Part shown: in pieces, positions 23,901 through 33,016 of the stretch
How the letters are laid out: the number at the start of each line of letters is the position of its first letter
Numbering within the stretch: position 1 is the stretch's first letter
Source of the DNA: Chiloscyllium plagiosum
Lineage: Eukaryota
NCBI RefSeq assembly: GCF_004010195.1
Contig: NW_025215374.1
Location: forward strand, 62,912 to 95,927
Reading direction: 5' to 3'
DNA length: 33,016 nt
Made by a program: the position numbers and the translations under genes
Notes under the pieces: model-generated
Database searches by the model: none
The model's input: only the letters and a program-made list of their open reading frames with translations
What the model was told of the DNA's origin: nothing

Positions 23901-26900
23901 TTTTGCTCTCCTCCTGCCCCTGAGTAACATGCCCCAATATCTGAGTGCTCTCTTTTTGCTCCTGAACAGGCTCGAATACCTGTATGCTCTCCTCCTCCTG
24001 CCGCTGAGTAACAGGCTCCAAAAGCTGTGTGCTCTCCTCCTGATGCCCCTGAGTAACAGGCACCAATAGCTGCATGCTCTCCTGCTGCCCATGTGTAAGA
24101 TGCTCCAATAGCTGTGTGCTCTCCTGATACCACTTTGTAACAAGCTCCAATGACGATGTTCTGTTTTCATGTTGTTCTTGAGTAACTGAGAGTTGTTTGC
24201 TCTCCTTCTGCTACTCCCCAGTAACAGGCTCCAATAGAAGTGTGCTCTCATGCAGGTGCTGAGTAAAAGTGTCCAATAACTGCATGCTGTCCTCCTTCCC
24301 CTGAATAACAGGCTCCCATAAATGCATGCCCACTTCCAGCTGCTGCTGTGAAACAGACTCCAATAGCTGTGTACTCTTCTCCTGCTGCTGAGTCACAGGC
24401 TTCAACAGATGTGTGCTATCCTCCTCCTCCACCTCCTCAGTAACAGGCTCCACTAGCAGTGTGCTGTCCTGCTGCTGCTCCTGAGTAGCATTATCCAAAA
24501 GCTTTTTCCCCTCCTACTGCTGCCCCTGAGTAACAGGCTCCAATTTTTGTGTGCTCATCTCCTGCGGCTCCTGAGTAACAGGCCCCAATACTTATGTGCT
24601 CTACTTCTGTTGACCCTGAGTAGCAGTCTCTAATAGTTGTGTGCTCACCCCCTGCTGCTCCTGATTAACAGGCTGCAATGGCTGTGTGCTCTCCTCCTGT
24701 GGCTCCATAGTAAAAGGCTCCAATAGCTGTGTATTCTCCTGCTGCTGCTCCTGTGTAACAGGCTCCTATAGCTGTGTGCTCTCCTTCTGTTGCACAGGAG
24801 TAACAGGCTCCAATAGCTGTGTGTTTTCTTACTGCCCCTGAGTAACAGGCTCCAATAGTTGTGTGCTCACCTCCTGCTGCTGCTGAGTAACAGGCTCTAA
24901 TATCTGCATGCTCTGCTGCTGCCCCTGAGTACCGAGCTTGAACTACTGTGTGCTCTCCTCCTCCTGCCGCTGAGCATCAGGCTCAAATAATTGTATCCTC
25001 TTTTCCTGCTGTCCCTGAGTAACAGGCTCCAATAGCTGTGTGCTCTCCTCCTGCTTCTCCTGAGTAACAGGCACCAATAGCTGCACGCTCTCCTGCTCCC
25101 TATGAGTAACAGGCTGTGTTCTCTCCTGCTGCCAGTTTGTAGCAGGCACCAATAGCAGTGTACTCTCCTTCTGTTGTCCCTGAGTAACAGGCTCTCATAA
25201 CTGTCTGCTCTCTTGTTGCTCCCGAGTAACATGTTCCATTACATGTGTACTCTCCTCCTGCTCGTCCTGAGTGAGAGGCTCCAATAGCAGTGTGTTGTCC
25301 TCCTTCCCCTGAGTAACATGCTCCCATAGCTGCGTGTTCGCCTCCTGCCGCTGAGTCAGAGGCTCTAACAGACGTGTGCTCTGCTCCTCTTGCTCCTGCG
25401 TAACAGGCTCCAATTGCTGTGTGTCCTCCTTCTGTTGCTCTTGAGTAAAAGGCTCCAATAAGCGTGTGCTCTACTGCTGCTGCTCCTGACCAACAGTCTC
25501 CAGTAGCTGCATGATCTCCTCCTGCTAACCGTAGTAAAAGGCTCCAATAGCGACATGCTCTGCTTTTGCCCGTGAGCACCGGACTCCAATAGCTGTGTGC
25601 TGTCCTCCTGCTGCTTCTGAGTAACAGGCGCCTACAGCAGTGTGCTCTCCTCTTGCTGCCCTTGAGTAACAGGCTACAATGGATGTGTCCTCTTCTGCTG
25701 CTCCTGAGCAACAGGCTCCAATAGCTGTGTACTCTCTTCCTGCTGCTCCTGAGTAACAAGTTCCAATAGCTGTGTGCTCTCCTCCCTCTGCCACGAGTAA
25801 CCCGGTGCCTATATCTGCATGCTGCCCTGCTGCCCATAAGTAACAGGTGCAAATAGCTGTGCGCTCTCCTGCTGTCCATGAGTAACAGGCTCCAATAGCT
25901 GTGTGCTCTCCTGCAGCCACAGTGTTGCAGGCTCCAATCTCTGTATGTCCTCCACCGGCTGCTCCTCAGTAACAGGTTCCTATAAGTGTGGGCTCATCTG
26001 CTGCTCCTGAGTAACAGGCTCCAATAGCTGTGTTCTCTCTTCCTGTTGTCCCTGAGTAACAGGCTCTAATACCTGTGTGCTCTCCTGCTGCTCCTGAGTA
26101 ACAGGTTCCAAAAGCTGTTTGCTCTCCTCCTGCTGCTCATGAGTAACAGGCTCCAATAGATGTGTGCTTTCCTGCTGCCAGTAAGTGAAAATGCCCAATA
26201 ACTGGGTGCTCTCCTTCTTCTCCTGAATAACAGGCTCCCATAGATCGTGTCCTCCCCCTCCTGCTGCTGAGTCATAGGATTCAACAGATGTGTGCTGTCC
26301 TCCTCCTGCTCCTGAGTAACAGGATACAATAGCTGTGCTCTCTCCTCCTGTTGCTGCCGAGTAACAGGCTACAATAGCTGTGTGCCATCCTGCTGCTGCT
26401 CCTGAGTGACAGGCTCAAATTTATGTGTGCTCACTTCCTGCGGCTCCTGAGTAGCAGGCTCCAATACTTGTGTGCTCTCCTCCTGTTGCCCCTGAGTTAC
26501 ATGCTTAAATAGTTGCGTGCTGTCCTCCTGTTGCCTTGCAGTAACTGGCTCCAAAGCTGTGCACTGTCTATCTGCCCATGAGTAGCAGGCTCCAATTGTT
26601 GTGTGCTCAACTCCTGCTGCTGCTGAGTAACAGGATCCAATGGCTATGTTCTCTCCTCGTGTTGCCTCTGTGTAACAGGTTCTAATAGCTGTGTGTTGTC
26701 CTCCTGTTGCCCCTGAGTAACAGGCGCCAATATACGGGTACTCTCCTCCTGTTGTCATTGAGTGACCGTTTCCAATATATATGTGCTCTCCTGCTGCTAT
26801 TCCTGAGTAACAGGCTCTAATAGTTATGCATTCACCTCGTGCTAGCTCCTGTTTAACAGGCTTAAATAGCTGTGTGCTCTCCTCCTGTTGCCTCATAAAA

Positions 26901-29360
26901 GGCTCCAATAGCTGTGTGCTTTCCTGCTGCTCCTCCTGAGCAATAGGTTCCTATAAATGTGTGCTCTCCTCCAGTTGCCCCGGAATAACAAGCTCCAATG
27001 ACTGTGTGCTCTCCTGCTGCCCCTGAGTAACAGGTTCCAATAGTTGTGTGCTCACTTGCTGCTGCTGCAGAGTAAAATGCTCCAATACCTGTGTGCTCTC
27101 CTTCTTTTGCCCCTGAGTAGCAGGCTCCTAAAGCTGTGCTGCTCTCCTCCTGTGGCCCCGGAGAAGTAGGCTCCAATATCTGTGTGCACTTTTTTTGCTC
27201 CTGAGCAACAGACATGAATATCTGTATGCTCTCCTCCTCTTGCCTCTGAGTGACAGGCTCAAATACCTGTGTGTTCTCCTCCTGTTGCCCCTAAGTAACA
27301 GGCTCAAATATATGTGTACTCTCCTCCTGATGTCCATGAGTGAGATTCGCCAATAGATGTGTGCTCTCCTTCTGCTGTTCTTGACTAACAGGTTCCAATA
27401 GTTGTGTGTTCAACTCCTGCTGCCCCTGATTAACAGACTGCATTAGCTGTGTGCTCTCCTCCCGTTGCCCCATAGTAAAAAGCTCCAATAGCTGTGTGCT
27501 CTCCTGCTGCTGCTCCTGTATAACTGGCTCCAATAGCTTTGCGTTCACCTCCTGCTCTTCCTGCGTAACAATCTCCTATAGCTGTACGCTCTCATCCTGT
27601 TGCCCCATAGTAATAAGCTCTTATAGCTGTGTGCCCTCCTCCTGTTGCACCGGAGTAACCAGCTACAATGTTTGCATGCCCTCTTCCTGCTCCTGAGTAA
27701 CAGGCTCCAATAGTTATATGCTCTCCTCCTGTTGCCCCGGAGTAACAGCCTCCAATATGTGTGTGCTCTATTTTTGCTCCTGAGCAACAGGCACAACTAC
27801 CTGTATGCTCTTCTCCTCCTGCCTCTGAATAACAGGCTCCAATGGCTGTGTATTCTCCTCTTGTTGTCCCTGAGTGACAATCCCCAATAGATGTGTGCTC
27901 TCCTTCTGCTGTTCCTGAATAACAGGCTCCAATACGTGTGTGCACGCCCCCTGCTGCTCCTGATTAACAGGCTGCAGTAACTGTGTGTTCTCCTCTTAGA
28001 GCCCCGTAGAAAAAGGCTCCAATAACTGTGCTTTCCTCCTGTTACCCCGGAGTAACAGGTTCCAATGGTTGTGTGCACTCTTCCTGCCCCTGAGTAACAG
28101 GTTCCAATAATAGTGTGCTCACTTGCTGCTGCTGCTGCTGAGTAACAAGCTCCAATAACTGTGTACTCTCCTTCTATTGCTGCTGAGTAACAGCCTCCAA
28201 TAGCTGTGATCTCTCTTCCTGCTGCTCCTGAGTAAGAGTCTCCAATAGTTGTGTGCTCACTTCCAGCTTCTCCTGAGTAACAAGATTCTATAGCTGAGTG
28301 CTCTCCTGCTGCCCCTCAGTACCACACTCCAATAGCTGTGTGCTCTCCTCCTCCTGCCCCTGTGAAAAAAGGCTCCAATAACTGTGTGCTCTCTTCCTGC
28401 CCCTGAGTAACTGGCTCGAATATATTTGTGCACTCCTGCTGCTGCTCTTCATAACAGTCTCAAATACCTATGTTATCTCCTCTTGCTACTGCTGAGTAAC
28501 AGGCTCCAATTCCTGTGTGATCTCCTGCTGCTGCTTCTGAGTAACAGGCTCTAACAACTGTTTGATCTCCTCCTTCTGCTCCTGAGTTACAGCTCCAATA
28601 GTTGAGTACTAACGTCCAGCTGCTCCTGAATAACTAGATCACATAGCTTGGTGTTCTCCTCTTGTTGACCCTGAGAAACAGGCTTCAATACCTGTGTGCT
28701 GTCTTCCTGCCCCTGAGTAACCGGCTCCAAAAGTTGTGTGCTCTCCTCCTGCAGATTCTGAGTAACAAGCTCCAAAAGATGTGTGCTCTCCTCCTGCTGC
28801 TCCTGAGTGGCAGGCTCCAATATCTGCATGCTCTCCTGCTGCCCCTGATTAACAGGCTCCAATTCCTGTGTGATCTCCTGCTGCTACTTCTGAGTAACAG
28901 GCTCTAACAGCTGTTTGATCTCCTCCTTCTGCTCCTGAGTAACAGCTACAATAGTTGCGTACTAACCTCCAGCCGCTCCTGAATAACTAGACCACATAGC
29001 TTGGTGTTCTCCTCTTGTTGGTCCTGAGAAACAGGCTTCAATACCTGTGTGCTGTCTTCCTGCCGCTGAGTAACCGGCTCCAATAGTTGTGTGCTCACCT
29101 CCTGCTGCTCCTAAGTAAAAGGCTCCAATAGCTCTGTGCTCTCCTCCTGCTGTCTCTCAGTAACAGACTCCAATATCTGTGTACTCTCCTCCTCCTGACT
29201 CTGAGTAGCAGGCTCCAGTAGCTGTGTGCTCTCCTCTTGCTGTTCCTGAGTAACAAGCTCCAATTTCTGTGTGCTCTCCTGCTTCTGCCCCGCAGTAGCA
29301 GACTCCCGTAGCTGATTGCTCTCCTCCTGTTGCCCCGGAGTAACAGCCTCCAATATCTGT

Positions 29361-29673
29361 GGGCGGCACGGTGGCACAGTGGCTAGCACTGCTGCCGCAC
29401 AGCGCCAGAGACCCGGGTTCAATTCCTGCCTCAGGCGACTGACTGTGTGGAGTTTGCACGTTCGCCCCGTGTCTGCGTGGGTTTCCTCCGGGTGCTCCGG
29501 TTTCCTCCCACCATCCAAAGATGTGCAGGGTCAGGTGAATTGCCCATGCTAAATTGCCCGTAGTGTTAGGTAAGGGGTAAATGTAGGGGTATGGGTGGGT
29601 TTCGCTTCGGCGGGTCGGTGTGGACTTATTGGGCTGAAGGGCCTGTTTCCATACTGTAAGTAATCTAATCTAA
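29361..29673 (+). mobile_element. Full-length HE1-type V-SINE
   Basis: ggcggcacggtggcacagtggctagcactgctgcc head, A box 29372-29382, B box 29416-29426, V domain and tail taatctaatctaa. No TSD found. Confidence 0.95.
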
Positions 29674-29812
29674 CTGCAGGAAGGCATTCCCACTTCTGAA
29701 CTCAATTCCACTTGCTAATATACCACTTGCCTTGCTTATTGCTGGCTGCACATGTCTGACAAATGGCAGTGACTGGTGTAGGAGGACGCTGAGACCCATT
29801 TGTCCATCCACA

Positions 29813-29935
29813 CATCATTCCTGAAGAAGGCCTCATACCTGAAACATCAACTCTCGTGCTCCTCGGATGCTGCCTGACTTGCTGTGCTTTTCCAGCACCA
29901 CACTTTTCGACTGATCTGCAGTCCTCACTTTCTCC
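29813..29935 (+). mobile_element. Penelope-type terminal fragment with a hammerhead core
   Basis: CTGAAGA-agg cctcata cct-GAAACATC at 29821-29848, then ggatgctgcctgacttgctgtgcttttccagcaccacac. Confidence 0.78.
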
Positions 29936-31657
29936 ACATCCCAATATATCACCATTTAAATAATGCACCTCCTTTGTGCATTTTCTTAATCACAACAAAG
30001 GCTATAATACTTGTATGCTCTTCTCCTCCTACCTCTGAATAACAGGCTCCAATGTCTGTGTGTTCTCCTCTTGTTGTCCCTGAGTGACAATCCCCAATAG
30101 ATGTGTGCTCTCCTTCTGCTGTTCCTGAATAACAGGCTCCAATAAGTGTGTGCACAACCCCTGCTGCTCCTGATTAACAGGCTGCAGTAGCTGTGTGTTC
30201 TCCTCTTAGAGCCCCGTAGAAAAAGGCTCCAATAACTGTGCTTTCCTCCTGTTACCCCGGAGTAACAGGTTCCAATGGTTGTGTTCTCTCTTCCTGCCGC
30301 TGAGTAACAGGTTCCAATAATAGTGTGCTCACTTGTTGCTGCTACTGCTGCTGAGTAACAGGCTCCAATAGTTGTGAGCTCTCCTGCTGCTGCTCCTGAG
30401 TAAGAGGCTCCAATAGTTGTGTGCTCACTTCCAGCTTCTCCTGAATAACAAGATCCTATAGCTGAGTGCTCTCCTGCTACCCCTCAGTACCACACTCCAA
30501 TAGCTGTGTGCTCTCCCCCTCCTGCCCCTGAGAAAAAGGCTCCAATAACTGTGTGCTCTCTTCCTGCCCCTGAGTAACCGACTCGAATATATTTGTGCAA
30601 TCCTGCTGCTGCTCCTCATAACAGTCTCCAATACCTATATGGTCTCCTCTTGCTACTGCTGAGTAACAGTCTCCAATACCTGTGTGATCTCCTGCTGCTG
30701 CTTCTGAGTAACAGGCTCTAACAGCTGTTTGATCTCCTCTTTCTGCTCCTGAGTAACAGCTCCAATAGTTGCGTACTAACCTCCAGCCGCTCCTGAATAA
30801 CTGGATCACATAGCTCAGTGTTCTCCTCTTGTTGACCCTGAAAAACAGGCTTCAATACCTGTGTGCTGTCTTCCTGCCCCTGAGTAACCGGCTCCAAAAG
30901 CTGTGTGCTCTCCTCCTGCTGCTCCTGAGTGCCAGGCTCCAATATCTGCATGCGCTCTTGCTGCCCCTGAGTACCAGGCTCCAATAGCTGTGTGCTCACC
31001 TCCTGCTGCTCACCTCCTGTTGCTCCAATGTAAAAGGCTCCAATACCTATGTGCTCTCCTCCTGCTGCCTCTCAGTAACAGACTCCAATATCTGTGTGCT
31101 CTCCTCCTCCTGACTTGGAGTAACAGGCTCCAGTAGCTGTGTGCTCTCCTGCTTCTGCCCCTGAGTAGCAGACTCGCGTAGCTGATTGCTCTCCTTTTGC
31201 TGCCCCTGAGTAACAGGCTCCAATAGCTATATGCTCTCCTGCTGCCCCGAGTAACAGTCTCCAAAAGCTGTGTTCTCTCCTTCTGCTGCTGCAGAGTAAC
31301 TGTCTGCAATAGAAGTGTGCTCTCATCCTTGTGCTGCTGAGTAACAGGCTGTAATAACTGTGTGCACTCCTCCTGCTGCCGCTGAGTAACAGGCTCCAAT
31401 GGATGTGTGCTCTCCTCCAGCTTCCGCTAAGTACCAGGCTCCAATAGTTGTGTGCTCTCCTGCTGCTCCTGTGGAATGGATTTGAGGGACTGAATGGCCT
31501 CTTCATATTCCTTATAGCTCCTATTGACCGAAACCCTTTCAATGTTTCTGAAAAACATCATCAAAATTGGAATGCTGCATTAATGCTTTAATTCTCAGTA
31601 ATTTAGCAAACATGCTGACTGACTGCTTTTGTTGTACAGTGATGAGAACCTGAGCGT

Positions 31658-32250
31658 GTAACAGGTTTGACAGGCTGAATGGCCTCGCTGTGTCCCTCTG
31701 TAACAGAATTGAGTGACTGAATGGCCTCCCCTGTCCCAGTGTGACTAACTCTAGAGGCTGAATGGCCTCCTCCTGTCCCTGTGTAACAGACACGAGAGGA
31801 TGAATGGCCTCCTCCTTTCCTTCTGTCACAAACCCGATAGGTTGAATGGCCTCCTGTCACTCTGTAACAGACTCGAGAGGCTGCATGGACTCCTCCTTTC
31901 CCTCTGTAACAATCTCGAAAAGCTGAATGGCCTACGCTTTTCCCTCTGTAACAGGTTGGAGTGGCTGAATGGCTTCCTCTTGTCGCTCTGTAACATGTTC
32001 TAGAGGCTGAATGGTCATCTCCTATCCCTCTGTAACAGTCTCGAAAGGATGAATGGCCTCTTCCTGTCCCACTGTAACAGTCTAGAGAGGCTTAATGGCT
32101 TCCTCCTGTCCCTGTGAAACAGACTCGAGAGGCTGAATGACCTCCTCCTGTCCCTCTGTAATAAACCGTCGAGACTTAATGGCCTCCTCCTGACCCTATC
32201 TAACAGGCCTGAAAATCTGAATGACCTCTTCCTATTCCTCTGTAACAGAC
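31658..32250 (+). repeat. ~14 tandem copies of a 42-bp unit resembling a CR1/L2 LINE 3' tail
   Basis: Consensus gtaacagactcgagaggctgaatggcctcctcctgtccctct. It resembles the LINE tail gctcgaagggctggccggcctactcctgctcct on the minus strand of ~16370-16405. Confidence 0.93.
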
Positions 32251-32630
32251 ACATGGGGACAGAATTGTTTCTCCCTGTTGCTGACCAGCAATTTTAATGC
32301 TCTGAATGATGTCTCAAGATTATGAAAGGGTTTCATAACAGCACATTTAAAACAAAGAGCAACATTGCACAAAGATATCTAGAAAATTCCGCACCAGACA
32401 TTTTGTGCAGCTGGTCTGTTATTTTATCACTGTCTCCTTTTATAAATAGGGTGGAACACGTACAAACCTACAGTGTTCCAGCAATGCTCCTACGTACAAA
32501 AAGAAAGATTAAACTGATTGAAAGATTTTTTATCTAACCCTCAGCAACCCTCATACTTTCCATCCAGACTGAGTAAATGTTCTCTTTTATTGGGATATGG
32601 AAAATGATGTAAGGAACTGGTTAACTGAAC

Positions 32631-32786
32631 CTGTTTGTTTGGTGACTGTGATTAATGTCAGTCTCCATGGAATGCAATTATCCCAGTGGAGCGTTTCCAT
32701 CTTTTAATGATAAATGGGCTCCATTCAATGTGTTATCCCATAGTATGAGCGGGAGCATCACCGACAGCACGAACAGAGATTGGCAG
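32631..32786 (-). pseudogene. Putative 156-nt phase-2/phase-2 exon encoding a signal-peptide-like segment, with one in-frame stop
   Basis: Strong acceptor ctctccttcccctctctctctctgtag| and donor aaacag|gttcag. Translation is CQSLFVLSVMLPLILWDNTLNGAHLSLKDGNAPLG*LHSMETDINHSHQTN(R), with TAA at 32680-32678. Confidence 0.42.
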
Positions 32787-32818
32787 CTACAGAGAGAGAG
32801 AGGGGAAGGAGAGATCAA

Positions 32819-32902
32819 AATCTGAGAACATTAGACTGGCGTGTGCTAACAATGGATCCGAATCTGAGAACAATAGACTGGAATGTTACAATAATGGACC
32901 GG
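32819..32902 (+). repeat. Two-copy 42-bp tandem duplication
   Basis: aatctgagaacattagactggcgtgtgctaacaatggatccg / aatctgagaacaatagactggaatgttacaataatggaccgg. Confidence 0.85.
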
Positions 32903-33016
32903 AGATTATCCGCATATGTTTGGATTCTTTCTGCTTTATATTCGTGGCCATTAGCATGACGGATCCAATATGCACTTTACATTATTCAATATTTTTATTA
33001 TCCTATCCTGGCTATT

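Larger units (their letters stand above)
17950..31470. repeat. Giant diverged minisatellite with units mostly 42/45/48 bp (roughly 290 units by length), interrupted at 29361-30005
   Basis: Consensus agtaacaggctccaatagctgtgtgctctcctcctgctgctcctg. Dozens of minus-strand ORFs read QQEESTQLLEPVTQE, SRRRAHSYWSLLLRS or AGGEHTAIGACYSGA. Confidence 0.98.
17950..31547 (-). pseudogene. Putative giant terminal exon of a decayed Gln/Glu-rich repeat protein gene
   Basis: Acceptor ttttgatgatgtttttcag| (AG at 31549-31548) opens NIERVSVNRSYKEYEEAIQSLKSIPQEQQESTQLLEPGT* in the Q/E frame. The array ends ESTHLLEPVIPQEPVS-TAA (17952-17950). There are many internal stops (e.g. CAG>TAG at 31429-31427) and frameshifts. 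Confidence 0.5.

Noticed and set aside
29361..29430. tRNA gene
   Set aside because: The A and B boxes belong to the tRNA-derived head of the HE1 SINE and continue into the V domain and LINE-like tail.
17950..31470. CRISPR-like array
   Set aside because: The units are contiguous diverged copies with no unique spacers, the context is vertebrate, and there are no cas genes.
17950..31470. Individual 60-260 aa ORFs as intact genes (ice-nucleation-, protamine- or involucrin-like)
   Set aside because: They are by-products of a stop-free repeat consensus, switch register mid-ORF and mostly lack ATG starts. The resemblance to those proteins is compositional only.
31610..31660. Plus-strand acceptor (ctgactgcttttgttgtacag) leading into the small array
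   Set aside because: No partner exon or donor was found, and the minus-strand model explains more features.

Overview
This is eukaryotic, repeat-dominated DNA, most likely from a shark or other elasmobranch. That assignment is inferred from the HE1-type V-SINEs with (TAATC)n tails, the CR1/HER1-like LINEs, the Deu-type SINEs and the Penelope-like elements. No intact protein-coding gene can be supported. Bases 1-17.9 kb are nested, decayed retroelements. They include a ~2 kb foldback Penelope remnant (GIY-YIG endonuclease plus minimal hammerhead ribozyme motifs), a TSD-flanked insertion with an apparent 3' transduction, and a 117-N assembly gap. Bases 17.95-31.47 kb are a ~13 kb array of 42/45/48-bp units whose minus strand reads (QEQQEESTQLLEPVT)n. 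A smaller 42-bp array at 31.66-32.25 kb matches the 3' tail of CR1/L2-type LINEs and aligns without gaps to the large array's unit. Minus-strand splice signals join a signal-peptide-like exon (32786-32631) in phase to the Q/E frame of the array (acceptor at 31548, final TAA at 17952-17950). The main hypothesis is a now-pseudogenised gene for a giant secreted Gln/Glu-rich repeat protein whose repeat came from a LINE 3' end. Family names come from motif recognition by eye, not database searches, and most boundaries are approximate.
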